Below, piece after piece: positions 40,889-52,900 of a stretch of DNA of 64,000 nt (within the stretch, counting starts at the first letter, position 1; each line of letters begins with the position of its first letter). The notes below the pieces were generated by a model, which saw only the letters and a list, made by a program, of their open reading frames with translations, ran no database searches and was not told where the DNA came from. The position numbers and the translations under genes were made by a program. This stretch comes from Balanoglossus misakiensis (lineage: Eukaryota > Animalia > Hemichordata), in NCBI GenBank assembly GCA_040954595.2, contig CM082576.2, forward strand, positions 3,632,760 through 3,696,759, written 5' to 3'.

Positions 40889-43800
40889 TTAGTCACGTGC
40901 TACACGGCTTCCCAGCTCGTGAAAGTTGCCATCACTGAAGTCTAAAATTCTATCACAGTCAATCAAAACATCAGCTGATGGTTTGCTGGTCAGGATCAAC
41001 ACGGTACTGTCTGCAAACTCCTCCTTAATGGCTTTCCTCATCACATCCCTACATTCTGCCGACGAGGAGACAGACTCCTCAATGACCACTACCCCAGTTT
41101 TCCGTAGAAGTCCCCTCGCTAACGATATCAAGTACTCTTGGTGTGGCTGCAAGTCCAAGTCCCCCCTCATGTTCGATTTGAGTTGCTTGGGAAGGGCCAT
41201 GATCAGGGATTTCAGGCCGATGAAGTCCAGAACCTTCCAGATTTTTTCCTTAGAATGCACGTTCGTCGGGTCGAGGTTCTTAAGAATAGACATGGAAAAC
41301 AACGACGGCCGTGCAGAGATGAAACTCACCATCTGCCGCAAACTGCTGGCAGAGACAGAGGACGTATCCACTTCGTTGATGTACACTGAACCACGACTTG
41401 GATTCAACATTTTCAGGAGAAGATTGACAAAGGCAGTCTTGGGTGCACCCTGTAAGCCTATCACACCGACTCTCTCTGTACCCTTGATGGTGAAATTGAC
41501 ATCTGCCAGCAGAGTAGCTCCGCTGTGAATGACAGCGACGTCACGGAAACTGAGCTCCACCTTCTGACTTTGGAAGCAGGTCAAAGGTCGTACCTCTGAA
41601 CCTGGGCTGACCCTTCTGCTTTTGTTGGCATAATCCAGACACCATTTCACATTGGGTGCAAGACAGTCCAGCTCTGCAAAAGTCTCTATTAGCTTGGGCG
41701 TACTGTCTATCAATGCCCAAAATGTCATCAGCATGATGGATACATCTTTAGCCGTCAATTCAACTTTCCTGAGAGCAAAGCTTGTCATCAGCGCAAGGTA
41801 GATGAACGACAGAGTCTGAGTTCGAACTGTCATCCAATTCTGTGTGGCTCCAGTGATGAATGATGCAGACATATTTTTATTCTGGTGGTTGAGGAAAGTC
41901 TGGTGAAAGGTGTTAGCTAGCCCCAGCGACCTGACAGACATGAGGCCTTTGATTGTTTCAGACAAATGCAGCTTCACTGAGTGCTGAATCTTGGCATCCA
42001 TTTGCTGGATGTTCTTTCGAGTCTTGTTATATTGCCTGCCTAAGTGAATGATGACGGCGACAAAGAGCACTGTCGGCATCAGTAATGCCGGACAAACGCA
42101 AACCATAAGGACCAGCATTCCACAGACTGGCAACACAACATCGACTACTCCCGCCAACAGAAACAAGACATCATAGTCAACAACGGCGAGACTTTGCCTG
42201 AGAGTTTTGAGATCGCTCGAGGACTGCTGAGCGGGGCTGGCTACGACTGTCCTCAGCATGTGGCTGTGGAGTCTGGTCAGGGAGTTCTTCAGTATCATGA
42301 CCATCGTCAAACCCTTGAACACATACAGCCACAGGAAGGCCAGCACGCACTTGAAGTAGATGTCGACCGATGCATTGGGGTCGGATGTCTCCACCCGGAA
42401 GTGTTGGCCGTCGGGCTCTTCTGTGGCGTTGACTTCCAAGGGATGCAGCACGACGGCGCTGTGGCGATCGACCAGGTCAAGAAGAAGCCAGTCCGACATG
42501 TGAAAGCAGATCTGAGAGGCTAGCACTGCCGCCAGGAAGAGTATGTGCACGGGCCAACTGGCTCCAGCCTTCAGAAGTGACGCCATGCAAGCAAGGCAGC
42601 TTGCTGACTCCCTGTCCACTGGAACATCTTGACCCTGTTTGACCTTTCCGTGGTAGACACCCCCACTCCTTCCTTCGCAGCTACTTTCACCTTTCATAAT
42701 TTCATTCACTGCATCAGTGCTAGCCTCATCAGTGTACGTTCCGCAACCAACAACCTTCCCCCCTTTAAGCACGATCACTTTATCTGCCATCTCCAGATAT
42801 TCTTTCTTGTTAGTAACAACGATGCGTAACTTGTCCTTTAGATATTCTTTTATGCACTTTCTGAAAATCTGATCCCGGGTTTCTGGGTCACACGAATCAA
42901 GTAAATTGTCAAAGAGATAGATGTCTGCATCGGCATACAGTGCTTGAGTGAACTTTATCTTCGTTGCCAAGTTCATTGACATATCCTGACACATGTTGTT
43001 CCGACTGTCTGATTCCCCGATGTCGTCCAGCATGCATGCTTCTAACACTTTCTTGTATTTCTCTTCGTCAAAATCACGCTGAGAGAGAATGTTGCCTTTC
43101 AAGGTTGCGTGGAACATCCACGTGTCATCGGGGACGTAGAGAAATTCTCCGCTTACTTTCACAAGCCCAAAAGTGGCGTGAGCCTCACCCGCTGCCGTCT
43201 GGAGAAGAGCTGTCTTGCCCGAACCCGGCAGACCGGTCAGACAGACCAACTTGCCGCCTTTCACAGTGAAATCAATGCCTTGCAGAAGCACTTGGTGCTG
43301 AGCAACCACCACTTTATCAAAGGAGAGTTTGGGCGTGTCAACGCTGTTCTTCTTTTCCTGAATCCAGGATTTTGATTTGGAGCTGTTTGGAGCATCGTTT
43401 ATCGCCAGGAAATGTTGAACTGTCACGGCCGAGTAAAACATGTCTATTGCAGAGTCGAACGCTGTGGGGAAATCTCGAGCCACATCTGCATGAAGTATGT
43501 AGAAGTAAATTGATGTGAGGACAATGCTGTCAATGGACAGCACCTGGTCGAACATGGCACTGCCAACAACAGTGCATATGATGGTCAAAATATGAACCTG
43601 TGAAAACGAAGCATTGGACATTAGGATCGTGATCAATGCAGGCAGCTGGAGACTTAAAACCTCAATGCTTCGGAAATACTCCACCAGCCTCCGGAACGGC
43701 TTTTCCCACATGTTGGCTCTGATGGTGTGGATTCCGGAGACAAGTTCATCAGTCAGTTTGTTCCTCTTCTCCTGAGCCATGGCAACTCTGGTCTTCACTT

Positions 43801-44581
43801 GCGAGTTGAGCTTAGTGCTGGCGGAGTGGAGAAGTGTTGTTATGGCAACAAAAAAGACACCGGGAACAAACGGAGCCAAGAGCGAGGTTTTGACTTCAAA
43901 GAGAATGTAGAAGGCCCGGGAGGTTGTGAACAGGCAGATGGGTGCCAACCACACAGCATGGACATGTTCAAGGCCTCGGCTGATCTTCTCAGCACTCTCT
44001 GACATTAACTTCAACACTTGTTCTTCATCCAAGTCGTACCTTGCGTCTTTCTTCATCTGCAGCACTTTCCTGTAAATCAGGCAGGAAAGTGCCACCTTCA
44101 CACATACGGCTACCTTTTTCAAAGTATCCGAGAAGGAGTTCTGTAGAATGCGGGTGACAAACACACAAATACAGATTCCGGCAGCGCTGATCCAAGCCTG
44201 CTCTTCAGTCACATGTGCACCTTCTGATCCCATGAAGAATTTAATGAAAATGCCCACAAAATGAGGGAAGAGGAACACAGACAACAGATGTACAATTAAA
44301 ACCCCGCTTCCCGTTAAGTAGAATGCCCAGCGATACAAGCTGTGCACAACGCCGAGGATGCTGGGTAGCCTCCTCTCCCTCCTCGCGAGAACAGTCTCCT
44401 TCCGCCAGGCTCGGTAAAAATCTAGATCCAGCTTCTCTGCCGGGTACCGCATCTTCACCCTCTGCAAGTCTTCGCTGGTTAACTGTCGTTGATTGGCAGT
44501 GCTAATTAGTGGAGAAAGCCACAAATAAAACAGCCGAGAGAACATGCCTGGGATTCTGTCCGGACTTGCTCGGTTTTCCAT
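40889..44581 (-). CDS. ABCC-family (MRP4/CFTR-like short form) transporter, single coding exon, about 1230 aa, degenerate nucleotide-binding domains
   Basis: Uninterrupted ORF; likely start MENRASPD at 44581 after an acceptor at 44600/44599. Lasso-like MFSRLFYLWLSPL, TMD1 with GIHTIRANMWE, NBD1 (GLPGSGKT, WMFHATLKGNI, ADIYLFD), TMD2 with HLSETIKGLMSVRS, NBD2 (LRQMVSFI, SILKNLDP, EEFADSTVL). Confidence 0.9.
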   Translation of the reverse strand: MENRASPDRIPGMFSRLFYLWLSPLISTANQRQLTSEDLQRVKMRYPAEKLDLDFYRAWRKETVLARRERRLPSILGVVHSLYRWAFYLTGSGVLIVHLLSVFLFPHFVGIFIKFFMGSEGAHVTEEQAWISAAGICICVFVTRILQNSFSDTLKKVAVCVKVALSCLIYRKVLQMKKDARYDLDEEQVLKLMSESAEKISRGLEHVHAVWLAPICLFTTSRAFYILFEVKTSLLAPFVPGVFFVAITTLLHSASTKLNSQVKTRVAMAQEKRNKLTDELVSGIHTIRANMWEKPFRRLVEYFRSIEVLSLQLPALITILMSNASFSQVHILTIICTVVGSAMFDQVLSIDSIVLTSIYFYILHADVARDFPTAFDSAIDMFYSAVTVQHFLAINDAPNSSKSKSWIQEKKNSVDTPKLSFDKVVVAQHQVLLQGIDFTVKGGKLVCLTGLPGSGKTALLQTAAGEAHATFGLVKVSGEFLYVPDDTWMFHATLKGNILSQRDFDEEKYKKVLEACMLDDIGESDSRNNMCQDMSMNLATKIKFTQALYADADIYLFDNLLDSCDPETRDQIFRKCIKEYLKDKLRIVVTNKKEYLEMADKVIVLKGGKVVGCGTYTDEASTDAVNEIMKGESSCEGRSGGVYHGKVKQGQDVPVDRESASCLACMASLLKAGASWPVHILFLAAVLASQICFHMSDWLLLDLVDRHSAVVLHPLEVNATEEPDGQHFRVETSDPNASVDIYFKCVLAFLWLYVFKGLTMVMILKNSLTRLHSHMLRTVVASPAQQSSSDLKTLRQSLAVVDYDVLFLLAGVVDVVLPVCGMLVLMVCVCPALLMPTVLFVAVIIHLGRQYNKTRKNIQQMDAKIQHSVKLHLSETIKGLMSVRSLGLANTFHQTFLNHQNKNMSASFITGATQNWMTVRTQTLSFIYLALMTSFALRKVELTAKDVSIMLMTFWALIDSTPKLIETFAELDCLAPNVKWCLDYANKSRRVSPGSEVRPLTCFQSQKVELSFRDVAVIHSGATLLADVNFTIKGTERVGVIGLQGAPKTAFVNLLLKMLNPSRGSVYINEVDTSSVSASSLRQMVSFISARPSLFSMSILKNLDPTNVHSKEKIWKVLDFIGLKSLIMALPKQLKSNMRGDLDLQPHQEYLISLARGLLRKTGVVVIEESVSSSAECRDVMRKAIKEEFADSTVLILTSKPSADVLIDCDRILDFSDGNFHELGSRVARD

Positions 44582-45699
44582 TTCTGCTGCCTTATTTCCT
44601 GCATATTTCAAAAATAAATAAAAAATGTATGACAAGACGCACAACATTCTAGATTTTGTTCTTTCATATATCAATAGAATGGACAGCTGCCCATGCATTT
44701 CCCACATCAAAAAATGATAGCTGTCAATATCAGTATGTCATTAACCCCTACAGCAAAATTTAACATGTAAACTACTAGTACTCAGTAGTGATTAAATATC
44801 TTTGTAAGTTTCTTCGAATTAAAATTTATTACAAACAAATATGATGTAAAACAAAATAGACCACTCACTGCATATTTAAGCCTTGGTGGCCATTTGCTGA
44901 ATAACTCCATATTATTAATATTTTAAACATAATTTAATGTTCTCAATATAACAAATGGAAATACTACAAATAGCCCACGTACCCCAGGGTCCCTTCATCT
45001 GACAATTATTGGTTCAACACTCAGAAACAATAAATAATTTTCTAGTATCAATAGGCATCAGAAGGGGTACTTCACTATGGTCAAATTAACTAGCAAATTT
45101 CAATGGCTGGTCATTTGGCCAAACTGCTGACTCAGGAGGAACACTGTCAGTCAAGAATAGTTCTATTTCTTGCTTGGGGAAGGACAGCCATGCCTGATTG
45201 CCCACCATCTTATTAAAGTTTCTCATCCATTTAATATATCCACTTATCATTGTAATTGTCACAATATATGAATATTTCATGAAATAGCTGCAAAGATCAG
45301 TTTATAAAATTGTATCAGGGGAGTTACAAAGGCAGACCTATTCATTGATCCACACAATTTATAAAAAGAAATATAAAAAGGAAGGTTGTTTGCTCGAAAC
45401 CATCCAAATGAAACCCATTTTCAGGATCTTCAAGGAAGTACTTCAAATTATATTGGTTTCACATCTTCAACAACACCATAGCAACCAGGGTCCATTGCCC
45501 AATTAAGTTTTAAATTATTCACTGACAAAGTCTCTCCCAGGGTGGTTCTCAGTATATTTTCATGTTACCAATTTCCTGATTTTATATAATAGAAACGAAA
45601 TTATGGGTTGCTTGATTGCTATCATCCATGCTTTTTACTATGTACAGTATTTATCATGTACAAATATCTCCTCTCCACAATACTGCAGAGTCACTCGCG

Positions 45700-46035
45700 T
45701 GTTGCATTCCCTTACCTCGGTTGTATCATCAGAAATTAGAGCGTTATACTGGAGCCGTGTTCTTAGTTAGATACACCATGGAGGTACCACGTGCACCATG
45801 GTCCTGGATACGCGACCAGTGCCCGAGTCTGTCGTCTGTAACCACCGTAACAAAGTGGACTTGAACCGAGCATGCATGCTCGAGGAAATCCCGGAAGTGG
45901 TAACCAGCGGACCTGTAGACCAGCGCCCTCACTGGTGACATTGGAGCGACAAGGGGTCATCCCAGTCATCAAATGTAAACACAGCTGCAGGTGGGGTCCA
46001 GGTTTTACGTATTAATTCACGCCAGGTGAAAGGGT
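45700..46035. promoter_or_regulatory. Probable shared promoter of the ABCC-like gene (-) and SelL (+)
   Basis: CpG-richer patch with ETS-like CCGGAAGTG at 45891; a minus-strand donor (GAG|gtaagg near 45715) suggests an untranslated first exon of the ABCC gene; SelL ATG at 46036. Confidence 0.45.
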
Positions 46036-47997
46036 ATGGCGGAATTGGAGGACAAAAGCAACGCCGATGAAGTGGACGAACATATACTGAGCACAGCTGT
46101 CAAAGAAACAGTTGATAAAATCAATGAACTCATCGAAAATGCCAAACAGAAAATAGAAGGTACTGTAATACCTGGGGGCGTATACCTCCCATAAGATAAC
46201 TGATTTTGATACTGTAATTGAGCGATGCACTTATCTGTCCCTATATATATCTTGTCTTGCAGATTCCGTGGAGGATTTCGTCGGTTTGGCTTCAAAGCAA
46301 CTGGGCCCTATAATATCACTTTATGCTTCAACTTTTGCCAAGTAAGATGTGTAGATGTTATTTACACCTGTGAAATGACAACTTTTGTGATAACAGAGCC
46401 AGGTGAAATACCCTTCTCAGAAGAGAAAAAAAATGTGTATAATGTAGTTCTTTGATCTGCATATTAAAGCTGGAACTTTTGTCTCAATCCCATAATTCAG
46501 GCTGAATGTTGCATCGTTGGAAGAGTTTCAGGACTTACTCAAAAGTCACCACAAGCATGAGAGTGTGCGTGATGCATATGAGGACCTAATAGAAGCTGAG
46601 GTATGCAGTAAAAAGAACTGTGATTATTGTTTTCTCTCGTTTCATTCAAATACAATGTACCTGATTGTGATCTTGCGGACTTACCACCTGCATATATAGA
46701 TGAGGATTAAATTGACTAACTTTTCAGTTCACGATATCCAAACAGAACAAACTTAACCTTCCTCTTGTCTCTTTATCAAGAAAATGAAACAGTCCACTGA
46801 CTGGCATTTCTGTTAATCTCAATTCTTTCAGACTTTGTGGGATGAAACATTAATGAATGCTGACATCCGTTTACGAGATGACACAAAAAGAACAGAACTG
46901 ACTGTTGGATCACCGGCACCATTGAACATACCGGTCACTGATGCCAAAACATCAAAGTAAATTCAAATAGCTTCATATCTTACCATTGCACTGATTACTC
47001 TTAAGTACTTGCTTAGCATCAAATTAATCACTAGTGGCTTAGTTATAAAGGCAAAAACACACAAATATAGCTTGAACTTCAGACTTGACCCCAAAAATCA
47101 ACGCAAGCCAACTAAGTGATCTTTATTTCTCAGAACGGTGACCTTGAATGACCTTGTTGGCAAGCAGAATCTGGTGCTCATATTCCTGCGGCATACCGCC
47201 TGACTACCGTGACGAGACCACATGGCACAGATCATGCAGCGGCGAGATGAAATCTCCAGAGCTGGCGGTCTGGTGCTCGTGGTCTCGTTCTACGATCAAG
47301 ATGCTGCGCTCAAGTGGATGGAAGCAATGAACTGTCCGTTTGAGATGCTCCTTGATCCAGGCCAACAAGTAAGTAAGGTGTAGTGCTCCGAGCCTTTCTC
47401 TAGCAGAATTTGGTACAAGCCCCCAATTTAAAATGAATGTGTACCAAAAATCTGAGGATATAAGAAGTAGAGTCAGTGGTACAGCTAATTTAATCATCAT
47501 GCAGTGTTCTTGACAATATTTTCACATTTGGTAACTATACTCTATTAAAGGAATATGACAGATGTAATGGGGAGGGCTGTGATAATCATGGTTGTCCATT
47601 TTGTTTCAGCTGTACAAGGCGATCGGTTTTGGTCATTCACTGAAAGTATGGTTGATCAAGACAATGTACTACTACGCAACTCAGTTGACATCAAGAAAAC
47701 AACTTCTGAAGCCACTCTCCAAGGAGAAGGAAGATATACATATGGTAAGTATGGGAGACAGGGCAAGGAATTGATCTGGATGATAATTTGGGATTGGAGC
47801 TGAGAAGGGAATAGTGGCCAAAAATCACCCAAACTGGGTACTTTACAGTACATGTTTATCCTGACTTAACTGCAATATTTCATTGACAGATGGCTGGTGA
47901 TTTGATTATTGACAAAAGTGGCAAAATTGCCTTTGCTCACTACAGCAAGGCAAGCACAGATAGGCCTGAAATCAGTAAGCTTATTCAAGTATTGGAG
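46036..47997 (+). CDS. SELENOL: Selenoprotein L (thioredoxin/AhpC-like fold, UxxU motif, two in-frame UGA read as Sec); last few codons unresolved
   Basis: Exons: 46036-46159, 46263-46341, 46501-46600, 46832-46956, 47134-47368, 47610-47744, 47890-47997, phases consistent. Exon 5 reads LVLIFLRHTA-TGA-LP-TGA-RDH (TGA at 47201-47203 and 47210-47212), then VLVVSF, FEMLLDP, MAGDLIID, STDRP. SECIS downstream. Confidence 0.92.
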
Positions 47998-48552
47998 GTA
48001 TGTATTCAGTATTATAGCTTCATGATGATGACCGTGTTTACAAAACTGTCTCTACTCCTTACAAAAACTGTATTGAAACAAAATCATCATCGCAGTTTAG
48101 GCCTTTAAGATAACCAAAATGTGTTGTATCATTGGTATTGCACACAGGGCCTTGCTGACAAGTAACAGCCAAGACTGGGTGAATGGATGGATCCTGAAGA
48201 ACCATTCTAGGCTCTGCTCTGTATATATTATAGCGATCAAACTGATGAAGATAATTATTTTTGTAAAGGTGTTCATTTTTAATAATTTTTTTCTCTTTTG
48301 TAATTGTTGACCTGTGGAAAACAGGGTGTCAGTTTGATACGCACAAAATACATTCAACAACCTTTATATATTATGTTTAAAATAATGAAAGGACATTTAC
48401 TGAAGATTTCTTTTTCTGTCACTACAAACAACTAACCCTCAAGCAGATAATATTTACAAAATCAGAAGAGACATGTATATTTCATGGGTGGACTCCATTA
48501 CCCACCATCTTGCCTACATGTGGACCAAGACCTCGAATTGCCGAGGGCTGTG

Positions 48553-48630
48553 CACACACCAGACTTATGAAAGCCACTGGCATAAATTGATACTGTCAAC
48601 TGTCGTGGCTGGATGAAATTTACTGGGGTG
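48553..48630 (+). promoter_or_regulatory. SECIS element (type II) in the SelL 3' UTR
   Basis: Helix I CACACCAG / CTGGGGTG; core ATGA at 48567 facing GA in GGAT at 48611; helix II AGCCAC(T)GGCA / TGTCGTGGCT; unpaired AAA; apical mini-stem TTGA...TCAA. Confidence 0.9.
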
Positions 48631-49953
48631 AAGTTCTCAACTGAATTCAAGTCTTGCCTCCACGGGGCCTAGCTATTGTTGACAAATTACAACAGTCAAA
48701 TCTGACTAACTCAAACCACTGGACTGTGCTCGAACATTGTTGTATAGTGCATTGTAAGTTACTATCAGTACTACACAATAATTTTTAACCCTCCAGTTGA
48801 TATGTATAGAAAATTTATGATGTATTGTGATGTAATTTTATGAGGCCTTTCTTGTGTTATCATTAATCAAATAAGAATGTTGTTTCTTAATACAGGAAAG
48901 GAAGTAACCAAAGTTATGTATGAACTTTATGCATTTAAACTGTAATGAAAACAATATGTTTCCATTTTCTGAATAAATGATGAATACCATGAAAAGAACA
49001 CTATTGATATTAAGATTTGTGTGTATGCATTTTGTATGTGAATTACAAGACAAGATAAGAGATGCTGTAGAATGATAAGAACATGTTTTTGTACAATGCA
49101 GGGCTATATAATGTGACGATAACCACACACTGTCTCTGAGCAGTTTGGCAGCCGAGGGGCAAGTCTTGAGTTTGATTTACAACATAATCAACCTGGACAA
49201 AAGAAATAAAATCAGATAGCAGCAGAAGTGCCACCGGCCACACAAACAATTAACAGCATGTCCACCACTGAACCATTTTTTTTTCATTTGGAGCAAGATT
49301 TCTTGGCATACCGGTATAATATTAATCAGAGACTGGGGACAAGTGCACACCAGGCTATCAGCTGATGCCAAGGCTGATAAAAACGCTTCTGCAACAACAC
49401 GCGACAGTAGCAATAAACTGCATTTTATTAATTCTGGACGGAGAAACACACAGTCGTCTGGTTACTAATGTATATCACGCCTCAGCCGCGCCACTGATCC
49501 CATCAAGGAATCTGGTGTAGAGTCCTCAACATTCCAATGGTTGACAGTAATCCCATCATAAATACATGATTGTAGAATGATCAAATAGCTTATGATGTTG
49601 AAAACAACAGAAAAAATAAGTACAATGGAGGTTCAAGAACAGCTTTCAACCCTTTCACCACCATGGTTCACTCTAAACCCATTGTTTCTTATGGTATGGA
49701 CCTCTAAAGAGGGATCTGTGGGTGAAAGGGTTAAAAACCCTCACAACTGTCACACTTTCTACCCACATCCAAGCTACAACGATACATGCAGGTAACTGAG
49801 GACAAACAGGAGAATAAAAAAGTAAATTTCTCACAAAAAATATCAATATTTTACATTCATTTACAACAATATATGACTGACAAAAAATTCTCTTTTTTCC
49901 TTGTGAGTAACAGAGGTTTAGATCCAAGTGGCATGTAAGGCCACCCAGACCTT

Positions 49954-52900
49954 TTACAGCAGTGAGAAGTGTTTTCGTAGTTGTTTGAAGAGTTCCTTAG
50001 AATCACAGTGATCAGCATAGTTTTCCACCGCTTTCTTCGAAGCATTGTAACTGCTCTGTAGGTCTCCAACCTGCACGGTGAGACATGAAGAGAGGGTAAG
50101 GTCAAATGGAACCCAGTGGGGTGAAAGGTGAAGACCATGATGCCTCGGTAGCAAATGGGCTTCACCTGAGAGCTTGAAGTGAAGTTTTTTTGCATAAAAA
50201 TGGACAATCGGACTACCTACCTGATCGCACAGTGCTGCAAAATTGTAGAAAGGCTCATATGTATGGGATGCCAACATCTGAGCAGATTGGAAAAAGGATC
50301 GTGCCTGGGGAAGAGATGGTAAGCAACAGTAGTCAGTGCATCAGTCATTGTAATGAGTCACTATTTTAGTCACATCACAATACCTACCCCCTCTAGCAAC
50401 TGTTTGTAACGTTGACCATCTACACTGTATGGTTACACAGATAGAATGCAGCTGAAATGACTAGTGACTCTTCCTACCCTTCATAAAGATATCAACTCCC
50501 ATCTACAAACCTGTTCCATGTGCCCTTTCCTCAGTTCCAACACACCCAGATTGTTGTAGGCTTCAGCATGGTCATTGTTGAAAGTAATGGCTAGTCTGTA
50601 GCACTGGTAGGCTAGGTTCATATCACCAATACCCTGTGATAGTAACGTATACAGATATTACATGTATAGGTGGATCCCAGGTTCATAAACCCAAATTCAA
50701 TATTCATCACTGCCACGGAGTATACTCAGTGGCTTCCAAGACTATTTGATGTCAAAATGAGCATCTACTTAAGTCACACCACTTACAGTGTTTATTTGAA
50801 CATTTTTCATAACAATCAACTTTTCACAGCAGCATGGGAAGTTGAATGAAATGTTCCCAAAATCCACAAAACACTGTTCAATCACAAAACCAGCGGCACC
50901 TACCAAGGCCACGTGGCCAATGTTGTACCACACATCAGCCGTGGCAGTGTCTTCTGTAGAGAGGGCTATTGCACGTTCAAAACTGTTCAGCGTCATGTCG
51001 TACTGCTGAGCGTAGAAACAACACAGCCCCAGGTTGTTGAAGAGTTCTGTGTTGTAAACGCCCATCTGCAGAAGTCTCCTGCGAAATAAAAACAAAACAA
51101 AATGGCCACTGTTTTTATCCTTGCATATGAACACCAACAATCTCATTTCAAAAACTTAGTAATCTGCACCATGGTTTCCCTTTGTGCTCATCTTGGTTTT
51201 TGTAACTAGCGCAACATGACCAAGAATCAACAGCAGACAGCACAATGAATGGATGGATGGATGGATATGATACCTGTAGAACCGGAGAGCGATTTCTGGC
51301 TGATCTGAGTAGAAGTAATTAGTGGCTATGCAGGCTATGGCTTCCACGTGAGTGTTATCAAAGTGCAGAACATCCTTGTAAAACTTGGTAGCATTTGGAA
51401 TGTCGTTCAGACCCTACAAAGTTGAAACAGAGTGATTAGACAGATATCAGAAGTGAGGCAAAGAATTCTCTCGCACATCCTTTTCAGTACCTATTTTTGC
51501 ATCTTCCCTGACAAGAACTCAGGCCTGGCTGATGGCTGACAGGGGAGATTTCATACAGAAACCTACAAATGAAGTATGGTCCCCCAATCATTTGTACCAT
51601 AGTTCCCCTTTGGCATAGTAAATCAATTTGGAATGGTGTATATGTGTGTGGGTGGGGTGGGGGGAGGTCTATGTAGAGCAGTTTCTGTAGGAATTTTGCA
51701 ATATCAAAAGAGAAGTCATGCCATGTAAAAGCTAACTTCTATTTACCAATTTAATAAATCAAGCAACTTGGATGGCATGTTGTGAAAATTACCCATGGTT
51801 TTGTACTTTTGTTTTGTCGCCTTTGAAAAAAAAATCTCCCAGAATTTCCCAGGGTTGACTACCATGAACCCAATTTGCATTGGGAAAACAAAAACAAATT
51901 AAAGCTGCAAGCAGCATTGTCCGGGCCCAAGCTCTATTATCTGATCTGATGCTAATATAGTGTTAAGTAGGTCAAAGGTCACCCGAGGTCACCCAACATT
52001 TGGGCAAAATATTTTGACCCCATACTGGTCCATGTATAACAAAAACAAAACCTCTAGGTCTATTGGTTCATCTGTAATTAGGTATATGCATATTTAATGA
52101 GGTCAGCAGAGGTCAAAGGGGTCATGAAAAGTAGCAAAATTTTTTGATCACATACAAATCCACATACATCAAAAACCAAACTTATAGCCCTATTGGTTAG
52201 CCTGGAATTAGATATGCAGAAAAATGATGCGTCAAAAGTAGGTCAAAGGTCATTGCCAAAATTACCAAAATATTTATAGGTTATTCTTGTCATATGATGA
52301 TTCATATCCATAAAAAGAATTTCTGTGCTATCAATTTTTAGGCTAGAAAAGGAATTTTTACTTTTTAATCGTTTTTCACAAAATCCAATATGGCCGCCAT
52401 AATCTTCGACCAATCACATTCCCCTTCGCAAACTTGATAGACATCTGTTTAATGACCACACACACCAAATCTTGTGACTCGGTTATCGCCCGTTCTGGAG
52501 AAGAAGATTTTTGAAGTTTTACTATGGTTTTTCGAAAATCCAATATGGCCGCCATAATCTTCGACCAATCACAATGATCTTCGCAAACTTGATAGACATC
52601 AGTTAGGTGACCACATACCCCAAACGGCGTGACTCGGTTATCGCCGGTTCTGGAGAAGAAGATTTTTGAAATTTTGACCAGATTTCAGAAAAACAACTGT
52701 AGCAAAAAAACTGCAACATTGACAGCAAAATATCCAATTACAAAAATGATGGGCAGAGGGTATACTACCAGCACGCCAAATCTGAACTCGATCTGACTTG
52801 TAGTTTCTGAGATCTGAGATTTGCATTTTTTCAGAAAATCCAATATGGCCGCCATGTCACGTGACTAATTAAGTATTCACAAGTCACTGCACATCTACTC

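Noticed and set aside
44582-44710. 43-aa N-terminal extension of the ABCC ORF
   Set aside because: Mostly intron-like T-rich sequence upstream of an acceptor at 44600/44599.
47201-47212. Two in-frame stops suggesting a pseudogene
   Set aside because: Both are TGA at the CxxC-equivalent positions and a SECIS is present, so they are read as selenocysteine.
48020-48095. GATGATGA...TCATCATC inverted repeat as a second SECIS
   Set aside because: Lacks the non-Watson-Crick core geometry and a proper helix II; probably intronic. The terminal SelL exon remains unresolved.
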